64,000 bases of DNA, taken from Isurus oxyrinchus. Taxonomy: Eukaryota. Below, piece after piece: positions 12,576 through 25,997 of the stretch. The number at the start of each line of letters is the position of its first letter. Positions within the stretch are counted from its first letter, which is position 1. The notes under the pieces were generated by a model that worked only from the letters and a program-made list of their open reading frames with translations, had not been told where the DNA came from and searched no databases. The stretch covers positions 90,024,001 through 90,088,000 of the forward strand of contig JANJGN010000021.1 of assembly GCA_026770705.1 (NCBI GenBank). Reading direction: 5' to 3'. The translations under genes and the position numbers were made by a program.

Positions 12576-14017
12576 CCCAAAGCCATGGGAACATTCTTGT
12601 AAATCTTTCCTGAATCTCCAACGAAGTCTTTGACTTTTTCCCATAAATATGGCCACGAGTATTGGTCACAATACTCCAGCTGAGATCAAAGCATTGTTTC
12701 ATTAAGCTTCGTTCTGTTTCGGCAATTCATGCCTCGAAGCTATATAAAGACGACGATCGCGTGTGCTTTCTTAAACACTTTCTGAGCAGCTCTCAACAAC
12801 CAGCACCATGCATCCCCCACACCCTACAGCTTCCTTCAATGACTGGTACACGTTTAGCAATTTAACCCCAAGAACTCTCTGCTCCTGCGGCATTTATGAA
12901 TTGCACCACTTCGGTTATAATGCCTCTACTCTTCCTTCCTATAAAAAAAGTATCACTGTGCACATGTCTATTAAATATAATCCATTCTGCGCTCACCAAT
13001 CCACTTGTGCTTGAATCCACTTACTGCTTGAATTCTGTCACGATCTTCCTGACAGTAATGGCATCTATTGCTCTAGTGAACAGATATTGCAAATGAAATG
13101 AAGCATCCAGTTTTAGAGCGATAGAGAGGTCGACCGATTTGATTGTGGCGTGATGTAGACAGTATGAAACCCCAACGAACGTATTTTTAAATGCTCTTCA
13201 TTTACTTATATTTTGGCATCAAATTGCTTTGCTTCCTTCAATGTATAATCAAGGGTTTATGATTTTTCAAAGTATATCAGCTTCAGCTATTTATCGAGTT
13301 AAATATTATTTTATAAACACGCCTTTTTTTAAACAAGGAAAACGTTATTGCATTCTTGGCGAAGGAAGAGTTTCAAAGGTTTACGAAATTCTCGAAGTTG
13401 TAGAAATTACAGTATTGTATCTGTTTATCAATATTTAGTTGCTTTGTTCCAAGTATCCTGAAAAATACATTACGTCTGGTGAATTGCAGTACCCGATAAA
13501 AGCACATATACGAATTCAAAAAGAAAAACAACATATTCAAATGCAAACCATTTAGAATATTGGAAATATTTTCTGTTAGTTAATGACATTATCATAACTG
13601 CATATGTGTTAGATTGAATAAATTAGAAGAGCAAATGTGTGTAAAATTCTTATCCATCTGATTCTTAATTACTATAAGTATGGAAACGGCAAATGGAAAC
13701 TGCGGTGATAAATGCTTAAAACCTGTGGCTAACCTGCTGGTTTAGTTACCGAGGTTCGGCTAGTTATATAGTTCAACCAATGTTTATTGTTATTTCCCTT
13801 TTCTACTACTGGAGGACGTTAATACCTCTCAACTGTTATTGTCACTTAATGCACTTTATAAGGTTTACAAGCTTTCTTTTTTTTTAACTTCCTCATTCTC
13901 GGGATACGAGAATCGTTGGCATGCTTTGCCTGTCACGAATTCTCCAAACAAAGCACCCTGCTAAGCTAAAGTAAAGGGCAGTTAACAATCGAATATTAAA
14001 GGGCCAGCATGTTTCGG

Positions 14018-14595
14018 ATGGCGGGATTTCCCTTCCCACCATCCAAAGAGCCGGCGGAGAACATTCTCGCCGATAATCCCTGGCCTGTAGTCATTTACGC
14101 TCCAATGAGCGTTGATTGGCTTCAGGCGGGGCTTCCGCCCTCAGCCTTGCCCATGCCACGCTAGAAGCTGCAGTGGACACTGCAAGAAATCCGTGCAACC
14201 TAAGCCCAGGGAGTCGTGGAACAGGTAAGTTTGAATGGTCTCCTTGCGGCGATGGTAGGTGAGGCCTGGTGAGGTAGATAGACGGGAGTTGCGGTGCCGG
14301 TCTAGCGGCGGGTGTTGGGGTTAGTTTTAGGGAGACGGCCCCCAATGTTAACGCAGAATGCTGATGGAGGCGCTCCCCCACTGCCTCGACTTCTCACCTG
14401 AGGTCTGGACTAGATAAAATGTCGGTTTCCCGTCTAAAACCGCTGATCCCCTCTTGCTGGTCTGAAAATTGAAGCTTTTCGGACAACAGCCCTTAAGTAA
14501 TTGGCCACTGAAATCCCTCAATTGGAGCCTCAAGGCCTCTCCCGTTCCAGCGTATAATTGTGGAGAGGTCGAGGCGGGCGGGAAAAATTCACGAG
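14018..14595. mobile_element. GC-rich TIR-bounded non-autonomous element (same family as 4513 and 58225)
   Basis: Ends gggatttcccttcccacc / ggcgggcgggaaaaattc; shared internal ccttaagtaattggccact motif. Confidence 0.5.
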
Positions 14596-14779
14596 CATAT
14601 AATATCAGTCTGATTACTACTTCACACATTATTAAGTCCTACACTCTGGCCTATAGATCCATAACGATGCTCTTCGGCTGCATAAATTTAAGTCGCACAA
14701 TCCCTTACCGCTGCATAGAATGCCCGCCGTATGTTTACTTTACACACGCTGTGCAAAAGTTTAGTGGACGTTATTTGGT

Positions 14780-15790
14780 GCTGTTAAGCTAAAAGTTAAA
14801 CTGCATTGAAATCAGAATATGGGAAACGCACTTTTTTTTATAGAGGAATATCAAGAAGTATCAAAAAACGCAAAAAGTATTTACCGATTATGTAATTCAT
14901 TTTATCGCTTGTACAAATGCTGAAAGTTGTGCGGAGAACATACAGATATATTCGCACATTGTAATAGTTCAAATTGTACAAATATACAGTTCTGGGAGCT
15001 AATTGAATTTACAAAGTGTCAAATATCTTATAATCGATCACATATTTCCCATGTTACACTTCAACAGAAAATGTCAATTTACAATGAGAGAAATAACAGT
15101 TTTTTTTAAAAAAAAACAATGGTATTTATTTGTTCGCTCTGTCATTTTCAAACATATCTCAGTTGCTTTGATTTTTTTAAAATTAAATGCCATCAAGGAG
15201 AACGAGGTTAAACGTTAACCTTTTCTATTTGATGGCAGACATATTACAATGTATGGAAATAACGGAAAAAAGAACAAATTGATGCTGATTAATAATTTGC
15301 GAATTGGATATGCCTAGCATTGAAACATAAATCGTAACATGATGTTGAAGTCATATTTTTCACGTTGTTTTTATACTCATTTTTATCCTTCAAAACCAGT
15401 TAATGATGTGATGACTGGCTATTAAGAATTGACCCGTTTTGTGCCTCACTTATATTAGAACACTCTTTGGCCTGTTATTTCTTGGTTTTATTTTTCACAG
15501 GTTTACCCTGCATGGATAGGAAATTGAGTAGCTGTGTACACGTGATAAAGAATGGAATGCGTGTAACTAAAGACCTCCATGCGAGAGTTTAAAATATCAG
15601 AATAAATAGGAAAATGGAAAAGATGCACTTGTGACATTACTCGAATGCTGCTTCTTCCTTTCCAGCAAAACAGAATGGTGAGTGAAATAAATCAATGGTT
15701 AATGCTTCTTTGAATATTTATGCTCTTTATTGACATGTCTTAATGTAATTTCAACATACCCCTGTCCCCCAATGTTTTGCTGCTCTTGGA
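14780..15790 (+). repeat. Copy 1 of diverged ~1 kb tandem duplication carrying a 12-nt micro-exon
   Basis: Collinear blocks shared with 17905-18840: agaagtatcaaa, tacagttctgg.agct, acttcaacagaaa, acaaattgatgct.attaat, ttttgtgcct.actt, ctcc.tgcgag, tgacat.tc.taatgt. Confidence 0.85.
15666..15677 (+). CDS. Micro-exon, 12 nt, phase 1-1: PKQN
   Basis: gaatgctgcttcttcctttccag|CAAAACAGAATG|gtgagt. Confidence 0.75.
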
Positions 15791-15879
15791 ATTAATAAAA
15801 ATGATTCAAACAACCCTGTACCTCTGCGTAACGTGGTCCGTATGTTAGCTTTAGACACAATTGTAAGGTGCAATAATAG

Positions 15880-17885
15880 AAATATAGGAACATGGGGAAT
15901 AGGCAATTCAGCCCATCGAGTCTGCTCCGCCATTCAAACATATCATGGATGATCATCTACCTGTTACTTCATTTTCCCCACTATCCCCAAGCACTTTGAT
16001 GTCATTAGTAACTAGAAGTCTATCGGTTTCTCTTTTGAACATGATCAATTTCTGAGCTTCCACGGCTCCCTACTGTAGACAATCCTAAAGATCCACCAAC
16101 CTCTGAGCGAAGGAATTCCTCCTCACCTCAATGTTAAAAGATCTGTACCTTATTCTGAGGATTCGTGCCCTGGTCTTAGACACACCAGCGAAGGGAAACA
16201 TCCTATCCAGAATTTCCTTGTCACGCCCTGTAAGATTTTTGTAAATTTCAGTGAGATCACCTGTCTTTCTTCGTAACTCTGCAGAGTACAGGCCCAAATT
16301 CCTCAATCTCACCTCATACGACAAACCCGCCATCGCTGGTATTGTTCTGGTGAACTTTCCTGGCAATTGCATCCTTCTGTCGATAAGAAGATCAAAGCTG
16401 TACACAATGCTCCAGAAGCGGTCCCACCAATGTGGTATGAACTGCATTAATACTTCTTTACACTTGTCCTCAAATCCCCCATTGGAATGACGAGGAAATA
16501 TCATTTTCTTTCCTTATTGCTTGCTTCACCTGCATGCTTGATTTTATTAGCTCATTTCCAGGACACACAGGTGTCTGTGGACACTAATACTGCCCAACCT
16601 CTCACCATTTAATAAGCGTTCTGCCTTTACGTTTTCCTTCTATGAAAGTGCATAACTTCACACTGTTCACATTATATCCCATCCTCCATGTTTTTGCCCC
16701 TTCAGTTAGATTGTCCAAGTCCCCTTGAAACTCCCCTGCATTCTCTCCACAATACACATTCTCACCAATTTTGTATCACCAGCATATTTAGAAATATTGC
16801 ATTTGGTCCCACATCCAAACTATTTATATAGATTGCGAACAGCAATGGCACAAGCACTGATAATTTTGGTACCAAGCTAGTAACAACATGCCATCCTGAG
16901 AATGATCTGTTTATTGCTAATATCTGTTTTCTGACTGTTAACCAATTCCCAATCATTCCAGTATATTATCCTCAATCCCACGTGCTGTAAGTTCGTTTAC
17001 TAACCTCTTGCGTGGGATCTTATCAAAAGCCTTCTTTAAATCCAAATAGACCACATCCCCTCGTTCCCATTTATCTATATTACAAGTAACATATTGTAAC
17101 ATATCCAACAGGTTTGTCGAACATGAGTTCCCTTTCATACATCAATGATGACTCTGCCCAATCGTATCATTTTCCACGTGCCCATTTATCCAATCCTTTT
17201 TAATAGTTTCTAACAGTTTCCTTGTTACTGACGTCAAACTAACAGACCTGTATGTTTCAGTTATCTCTCTCCCTCCTTTCCTACAAAATGAGTTTACATT
17301 TGCTACACTCCAACTTGCAGGACCCTTTCCAGTATCCATACAATTTTGAAAGACAATCACCAATGCATCCAATATCTCTATACCCACCTCACTGAACACT
17401 CTGAGATGCAGCTCATCTAGTCCAAGGGATTTATAAACCTTTAATTCAATTACTTTTTCAACTGCTACCTCTTTAGTCATACTAATTTCTTTCAGTTCCC
17501 CGCTTCTTCTAGTTCCTTGGCTCCCTCTATTCCTGGGAGATTTTCTGTACCATCCTTAGTGAAGAATGGCATAAAGCAATTGCTTAATTTCTCCTCAATT
17601 TTCCTATTCACCATTATAAATTGTCCTGTGTCTTACTGTAATGATAGACATTTGTCGTTCATTATCTTTTCTTTTTCACATGCTGAAAGAAACTTTTACA
17701 GCCCACCTTTCTGTTATTTGCAAGGTTGAATTCGTATTCTCCTATCCATTTTTTTTACCAGTTTCTTGGTCATCCTTTGCTGTATCCTGAATTGCTCCCA
17801 ATTTTCGGCCTTTACCACTTTTTTTCTGGCAACTGAATAAGGCACTTCCTTTCATCCAATGGAACCCTTAACTTCTTTTGCTAAT
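15880..17885 (-). mobile_element. 5'-truncated CR1 LINE lying between the two duplication copies
   Basis: Minus-strand ORFs: TYRSVSLTSVTRKLLE (17142-17480), DVVYLDLKKAFDKIP (16953-17138), GLYSAELRR (16085-16504); 3' tail at ~15880-15935. Confidence 0.9.
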
Positions 17886-17904
17886 CACTTATCTTCTTTT
17901 GTTA

Positions 17905-18840
17905 ACGGATGTTGCTCAAGGCCGCTAAGTACAACCTCTGAGTTTGAGAAGTTTACTTTTTGTGAGAAGTATCAAACTATGAAGGCTCTGAAGATATTTT
18001 ATCAATTCTGCAAATTCCGAGAGCTGTGCAAGGAATATACGATACATTTCCATACTGTAATATTTTAAAATGTTCCACAAAATGTACAGTTCTGGAAGCT
18101 ATTTGAAGTTTAAAAATGAAAGCTCTGTTATTTGCATTCTTTTACTTCAACAGAAAACTTAGATTTACAAAGAGAAAAACAGTTTTTTTCTGGCGAAAAT
18201 CAATTTTCTGTCTTTGCCATCTCTATCATGTCTTCAAAAATATCTCGGCAGTCCTATCGTTTTAAAAATTAAATGGAATTAATTGGACCGAAATTAAACA
18301 TTAATCCTGTCTACACGATGGTAGACTTATCACATCGCATGTTAATAACACATAGTAAAAAGCACAAATTGATGCTAATTAATCAAATTTTCAAATAGGA
18401 AAGGATTAGCTGAGAAATAGAAAACCGCAGATGAAATGGAAGGCATAGATTGCAGATTGTTTAGATACATCGTTCTCTCCTGCAAATCCAGCCAATGATT
18501 AGATGACAGTTGATCCATTTTGTGCCTGACTTGTGTTGGAACTCAATTATTTGATTTGCTATTTTTTTTAGGCTCCAACTTTTTCAAAGAAAATTGAATA
18601 GATTTAATAGCCTGAAAAGGAATGCAATAAGTATAACTACATGTCTCCTTGCGAGTATGTAAAAAATCAATATAAATAAGAAAGTCGCAAAGATGAGCTC
18701 AAATGCTTCTGCTTTTGTTTGAAGAACCTGACATAGGTGTGAGGGAAACATTCATCGTTAACGTATCTTTGATATTCATGTTCCTTACTGACATATCCTA
18801 ATGTGATATCCACTCTCGCCTGTCTTCCCAAGGTTTATTT
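17905..18840 (+). repeat. Copy 2 of diverged ~1 kb tandem duplication carrying a 12-nt micro-exon
   Basis: Collinear with 14780-15790 through the same shared blocks. Confidence 0.85.
18725..18736 (+). CDS. Micro-exon, 12 nt, phase 1-1: EPDI
   Basis: aatgcttctgcttttgtttgaag|AACCTGACATAG|gtgtga. Same position and length in the duplication as 15666-15677; donor weaker. Confidence 0.55.
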   Translation, partial: NLT

Positions 18841-20635
18841 GTTCCAGAGTTGCCTTCAAAATTGCACCAGGCATATTCTGTCCTAACTCTTCATTCAAAA
18901 TTCACCACTTTACCTGTCTGCTGATTCAAAATTGCCACATGGCAATAATTTAACTTTGGCAGTGTCCGCAAACTTGTTTAAAAAGGGGAGTTTAGTTAAT
19001 GACTGCGCATAAGCTGCAAAATCTTAAATATGCATTAAACTGTATATTGGATAAAGGCACCATATCCCCTTAAGTTGAGTTGCAATCATTATTTCCACTG
19101 AGCGCAATTAAGGTAAATTTCGCAAGTGACCTAAAGTCAGCTACCAATTTGATGTTATCGATTTTAAATGTTGAACTACGTCATAGAGTAATCTAACGGT
19201 TCTAAGTGAAAGAAAATGAAAGCAACGCGTGGTATATTGTCAGGAATAATTGAGTTCGGCTTAAAAGGCTGAATATATATTATTCTTAACTGAAACATTC
19301 TAATCTAACAAGCATGCAACTAACTTCTCAACTTTTCCTAGCTGAAACTATGAAACATTTCTACTCATTTAGATAAGGAGCAGAACACTTTGTTGTTCAG
19401 ATAGTTGTGCAAATATGTTATTATGTAGGCAGAATTTATGTTTTACGTCATCAAAAGTAATAGAGCACAAATTGACGTCAATTTGATTCATGACACATTT
19501 TCAACGTATTTCAAATTTCAGCTACATTGCTTTGTTTGCAATATACGCAAGAAATGTGTTAAAAGTAAACTATTGTTTCCCCGATATCAATTGTGTAAAT
19601 CACAGTATATCGTTAGAGTCATTGTTGCATGTAAATTAAGTAGAGCTTGCAAAGTTTTCATTCTGGACAGAGAGCAAAGGAGCTGGAACTTCCCTTGATA
19701 CTCATTCCTATTCCGTGCTTTGATCTGGATAACAACTAAGCAGTGGGAATAAGAACTCTGGCAATATTTAAATTGAAAAGAGACAGCACTGAAAAGCAAA
19801 AGAGAAAGGTAACAGTTTAGAACAAAGTACTCTGAAGTATCATTTTGCTTTCAATTAGCGGAACATTAGATCTCTATTTCCGTTTTATTTTTAATTTAAT
19901 TGAAATTATTCGGATCGAGCAGACATATTCGCATGGTAGATAAATTTATAATTTTGGTTCCTGGGAAGACAGAACTAAATAATGGTTGATTACTGGTACG
20001 ATGTACATGTTACTGGAAGCGGATAAAACGAGCGAAGTAATAGACACTTTGACATCAATGAACTTTTCTGATTCTTTCTGTCACAATGATCACTTAATGT
20101 GTGCATATCGGCTTTTGAAAGGAAGTGGGAAAAAGGCGCTGCGATGTTCCTGTGACAGGCTTCCAGGATTCGTGCATGTTAATTTTCAGACATTAAAACC
20201 CTAAAAGTTTACTAATCAGTGACAAACATTATCGACTGGTTTGTATATATTTGCAGTTGGTTTAGGGATTTATTCTGGAGAGTAAATCCATAGTGGTAAT
20301 GTAAACTGCGTGATAACGTATCGTCAGCCAGTTTAACATTCCACCTGATTTTATTATTCTTTCACTTCCCTGGAATAGAGTTTCGCTTGGATTATCAGTT
20401 CGCTGGTGTTCAGTCTGCGCCATGATGCAAGATAAATTTCACTCTAACATTTGTATCAACATCAGAGCAATGTTAGGTAAACACTGAAATAATTGCAATA
20501 GCTGATGATCATCAGCGACCTATGTACTTTAAGGCATCGAATTAGTCCTTTATAATGAAACTCTTGGGGTTCAGAGCGAATTGCACAACTTTAAAATAAC
20601 TCCCATTATTCTTTCTTTTTAATCATGAACAAAAG

Positions 20636-20659
20636 GAACAATGACTGACGCAAGTGGAG
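20636..20659 (+). CDS. Micro-exon, 24 nt, phase 1-1: GTMTDASG
   Basis: ttctttctttttaatcatgaacaaaag|GAACAATGACTGACGCAAGTGGAG|gtatgt. First AG after the pyrimidine tract, strong donor. Confidence 0.6.
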
Positions 20660-22959
20660 GTATGTTCTCAGAATAATCGAATATGTGTATACATATTATG
20701 TATATGGAATCTGTTGGAAAAAATGTAATATGTGTTGCCTGTAATTTCTTTCACTTTATTGAGTTAACACTATCCAGTGTCGGATTCTGTGTGGAAGCTC
20801 GTGAAAACTATTCACAGACTTCCCAGCTGCAAGCTAAAAAAAAGGTTTAAGTTGATATTGGCTGAAACCATTGCATATACATTAAAGCGGAAAACAATTA
20901 ATCCTCTAGTGCTACGTAATTCCCTAAGTTCGAACTCAATACCAAAACACGGAGTAGGTATGGAATTTCAACTTTTCACCAGGGCATAAAGTTATTGATT
21001 TTAATCAGTTAACATTTAGAAAATTTGCTAGGTTTCTATTTGCATGCAATCACACTGAAGCGGAAAGCAGAGGAACCCCAATTTGCATCTGTGTAATATT
21101 CTGAATTAATAAAATGTTTCAATGAGAATCGCACGTGCATAAGCATATGAAGGCATTGACATCAAAACAACGAAGGCGGTGTTAGCACAGGGGGGCGAAG
21201 GCTTCGTCAGGCAGAAAGACTTGAATATACTTGTAAAAGACGAGAGGATGGCGACGAGACGGAGTGATTAAAGGGAAGAAACCCCAGGGCTAGTGTTAGG
21301 AGTACACAGGATGATTTGGGTTATGTGGCCTAGACACATGGCAGCCGGCACAACGTATCAATCGCGGTTTATGCTCCGCTCAATTCCCCTCTCAAGTTTT
21401 CGCAACCAAATTTCCAAAGTAATCCTTCTCTTTCAAAGCCTTGCTTAGCTTCCCAGTACACGTGTGTGCACTTTTCTCTTCAATTACTCCCCTGATAGCG
21501 AATTCCACGTTCGCATCAATATTTTGGCCAATGCCTCTGCTCAATTGCAAAGTTAAATTGATGGCTTTAAGTTATGCTTTTTCCCATAACCTTGAAAACC
21601 CAATCATTACACGCCGGAAAATAATGCACCTAATGCGAAATTTGGGCGCAAGGTAATATAGGATCACCACCGCAACACCCCCCCCCCGCGCCCCCCCCCC
21701 CCCCCCCACCACACCAATCGCACCCACACTGCTTATATATTGCCTGAATTTTAAGCATTGTGCAAGGCAGACGAAGAAAGATAAATTAACAAAAAACCGC
21801 ACAAAAATACAAATTAGCTTAGAATTAACTTGTTTTAAATTAAATGGAAGATAGTTAACATGATGTGCAGCACCGCAGAGTTATGGGACACTTCCTTTCG
21901 ACTTATCTTGGGCCCCAGGGACTGCAGTAGCACACTTCCTTTTTCGGGGTTTTACGGAAACATTGCCGTTTCTTGGGGATCCGTAATAAAATTTGCATTC
22001 GGAACTTTGCCGATATGATGAACCCGGTCACGTATAAAGCTGTTTGGACAATGTATGGATCATATTTCACCAAACTCAATTAAAACGTATTTTGGAGTTC
22101 CATTATATCCTAGCGACCCTCTTTCCACTTTTAGAAATTGATTATGCCGCCGAAAATAGGTTTGTTTTGAGATGTGCAGCAAAAAGCCTCGTGGAATTGG
22201 AGCTGGATACATTGTCCGTGTTAACTGTACACTGAGGTTACCGGCCACGTCATCAGAGTTGCAGCCAGGTGGCAGAAATGCGAGAAGGTTATGTCTTTCT
22301 GATGATACGAAGAATCAGATGTTGAGGAATAAAAAAAAAGTACGAACCCAGTAAAATATAAACTCTTGATAATCCTTAACGTTTCATAATGTAATGATAA
22401 TTTTGCTATTCGAAAAGTAATTTCACTGGTAGATGCGACAATAATTATACGGGATATACATAACTTCACAGTAGAAAAGGAGGCCCGAAAATTATCTTTT
22501 AGCGGGCAATCGTTACAATATAACATGCCATACATAGTTCAAACTGGTGCAGAAGCATATTTCACAACTTCCTTCAATTATCATTTCAAATCGAGCTCAT
22601 AATGTTTCGAAGCAACAGGAGGATTGAGTAGACTACATCAGGCACTTTAATACTTTAAGCAAAACGTTTTGATCACTAAGATGTTTCTGTCCTGCAACGT
22701 TAATCAATTACAATTGCTTTATATTGATTTTAATAAACGAATGACTTCCTTCTTACTTAATGCGGTGATATGTGCATTTTAATAGTATAAATTGCACATA
22801 ATTGGCGTGGATGAATTTTGCTGAATTGAGGTTCAGAAATCCCACAACTCGAAACAAAAAGTCAGAAAGAAATCTTCCAAATTTCCAACCAGCAGTTCAA
22901 TTCGAATACCATTCTCCTCTTAGTATGAATATCATCAAAGTCATTGCCCATGTTTCTTA

Positions 22960-23560
22960 GCAGAAAGACCAGCTGTTGGGGTGGTCCGGTGGTCAGGAGA
23001 GGGATGGCAGTAGCCGGAGGTGTGGCTTTCGGTAATCGAGTGGTCGTGGGGGCTGGGGGATTGTCGAGGTGCGGGGTCGAATGACTTATAGGAGTGATAT
23101 CGGGTTTAATCGGGGTGGAGGTTTGTGTGTGTGAGGGTGCAGTCGCCTGGTCGGGGGGTTCCGGCTAGTCGGGGTTGGATATAGTTCGGGGGAGGTGGGG
23201 GAAGGTGGTGGTCAAGTAGGTAGGAGGGATGGTCCGGGGTGTCATTAGGATAATTACCCAGGAATTGGAAATGGTTTTAAACGTTCCCTGGGCAGCTTTT
23301 CAACTTAGGGAGTCCGAACCATACGAAATCCAATATTTAAATCGGAGTTCCGGAAGTTGCCAGTTTAGGGCAACTGCCGAATGGAAGTTGACACTTCGCA
23401 GCAATTCCCGAGCAGTCCTTGCTTGGGTACTCTTGCGGGGCCCAGAAAATCTTCCGGGGCGCCTCCGCAGTGCGACACTGTTCCCACATAACCGCAGCAC
23501 CACCCACCGCCCCGCCGCCACCACCTCCACTCCAGGGAGCGGAATATCTGGACCATGAAA
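22960..23560. mobile_element. GC-rich interspersed repeat, probably non-autonomous DNA-type element
   Basis: Abrupt G/C-rich block in AT-rich surroundings ending gggagcggaatatctggacc. Overlapping ORFs show no protein signature. Confidence 0.4.
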
Positions 23561-23869
23561 TTAAAAACCGTAAGGACAAACCACATAGCACAAATTAAAG
23601 ATTGGGACGTAGGTAGTGATGGAAGATGAAACCAAACACGAAGAACTTAAAAAATCCCTATCAACATGTATTTTGTTAACAAGTCTACCAATTGCTCCTA
23701 AGCTATATATATATATAATAACACTCCAATGTTGATGATAATAATACTAAGATTATTAATGTTAATAATATTAAAATTATTAATGATAATAATTATAACC
23801 ATATATGTTCAATGCTAAATTTGTTGGTATGTCAGAGTTACTAATCTGATCGCCTTTAAAACCACAATT

Positions 23870-24650
23870 ACATCAGATTGAGATGGTGGAACATTTAATG
23901 TGGTTTCACCAGCCATGGTGAAACAGTACCAATGAAGCAGTATTAGCGGTCGAGGCATATATCTGCACAAATGTTCAAAAATGGCATGGCAGGTTGCGAA
24001 GGTGTTTCAAAACTTCATGCAGGACTCTGAACTTTACGCAAAGACATAGGGTACAAAAAAAGGAGGTTATGATGAATCGTTATAAAACACTGCTTCGATC
24101 ACATCTGCTGCAATATGTCTAATTCCTGGAACCAAACTTGAGAGACTATGCAGGAGCTTTAGATGGGGTGCAGAGCAAATTTAAGTTGAGCCCAGGCATG
24201 AGCGGCTTCAGTTGATTAGCTAACTTACACAAGTTGGCGTTCTGCTAGTTAGGAATGTTTTCCGCGATTGAGAGGAGGTTAGATAGACGTAGTCAGAATT
24301 ATGAGGGGCCTATAAGCATAGATGCAGAAAAATACATTAACATTGACGAAAAAAATGGGAACCAGAGGACACAATTGCAAAGTATTTGCTAAAAGAACGA
24401 AAAACAAAGTAAGAAATTAAAACTTTTATGTGCAGCAATTTTAAGGGTCTGGAATACATTATGTGAAAGAGAGCTGGGAACAAAGTCAATCGTTGCTTTC
24501 AAAGGCAAATTGGATAAGGGTCCGAAGAGAAAATAAACTGCATAGCTACGAGAAAGTGAGCCTCTAGCTAATTTCACTTGCACGGAGGAATCTTTGTTTC
24601 CATGGATCCACTAGTCTGTTCTGTGCTGTCACCAATCAACGATTATATGA
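23870..24650 (+). mobile_element. Strongly decayed CR1 3' fragment
   Basis: aggaggttatgatgaatcgttataaaacactg, aaccagaggacacaattgcaaagt, and tail ctgttctgtgctgt resemble the 3' end of the copy at 31600-32220. Confidence 0.65.
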
Positions 24651-25997
24651 AAAGAGAAACGTTGTTTTCAGTGTTGGCTGTCTCGGGAAGCTGGTTTTTC
24701 AGGCCGGTGATTCAGCTTTTCCACAGCATAGGCTGTGGCGAAGCAGTGTAACTTCAGGATTTCCGCCTTAATCTATGCTTGCGATAAATGCTGAAATTGC
24801 GGTCAGATTCATACGTTTCATGACGGTAAATGGTGATATTTCGTCAGTAAAAGAAAATGGAAAATTCTGGACATTATGTTATTAAATGACAATATGTTTA
24901 CGTGATGAATAGTAATATGATGATTACACAGAGGGTTTTATTTCTCACCCTGATAGTAAACGTTGGAACACACTTACCGAAAGATTAGTCCAATTGTGTA
25001 CTTGTGATTTGATTTTCTATTAGGACATGTGATTTCAGAGAAACATTTGATGTTACAATATGTGAACTGAAAGTTTCTTTTATCCGATGTTGGAGGCGTT
25101 TCTTGCTCTAGATAAAAGCAGGACAGTCAATTATGGAATGTTAAAGTCCAAATGATTATTAAAAAAAACACTGAAAAGGCTCAAGTAACAGATATTCCCC
25201 AGAATTCCTTCAGAAATGTTTCCACTACGCCAGAAATACGGCTCGAACTATATTACTAAATACAACATAAGCCAAAATAAGTTATATCGGCAAATTGCCT
25301 TAAAGACAGTATACTTCTTTAGTACAGGTCTTTTTTAGCACAGTTCCTTGCTCTCAGAAACAATTCCCTGTTCCTCGCACATCATTCAAAGTAGTTCTTA
25401 CATTTCTTAACGAGATTGTGGCTCTCATAATTAACGGAAATATCTCAGTTATAAAATAAACTGGGTATAAATGTCTTCCCCGAGCTTCGATGTGGGTCCA
25501 TTGGCGTTTTCCTGGTTTCACAATGCATTCTATGATCTAAAATTCCTTACGATCCCCACCACCCGCAGCTGAACTTTAAAAGAAAAGGAAAACACTTCTT
25601 TAAAACTCTCTGGATTTAGATTTAATTCAATGTTCCTGGTAATTTTGTCTGACAACCCCACACGATTTATGGTGTGCATTTTGGAAGGGTTCCTTTCAAT
25701 TGCCTGCAGATTCACGGAGAGCCCAGAGGGAGGAAAAGGTAGTAACTAGTCGAATCGCCAAGGAAGCTCTCCCTCCGCTTCCCCGCTCATCCCGCTTTTA
25801 AAATTGGCCCTGTATCACCAAGATTCTTGCGGTAAAGGAGCCAGCTCGGTTATTTCAGCATGCACCCTGATGACGCTGCATTGTTAGCTTCCCAACCGAG
25901 TTTAACTTATCTGATAATGTTGTTATTTTTCCTTCCCCGCCGGTGAAAGAATTTGCCTTTTAATACAAACGTTTATTGTTTCTTTCCTCGGAAATAG

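Noticed and set aside
13453-13477. 25-nt candidate TATCCTGAAAAATACATTACGTCTG|gtgaat
   Set aside because: Asymmetric length, moderate splice sites, does not fit the chain.
15501-15592. Strong acceptor (atttttcacag) in the duplication, with a counterpart at 18571
   Set aside because: No matching donor in copy 1, frame runs to a stop, and the two copies differ by an indel that changes phase.
20379-20405. 27-nt phase-1 open candidate (xFRLDYQFA)
   Set aside because: Good acceptor but donor gtgttc is very weak, and composition does not fit the linker or coil pattern.
20910-20957. 48-nt phase-1 open candidate ending |gtatgg
   Set aside because: Acceptor has almost no pyrimidine tract.
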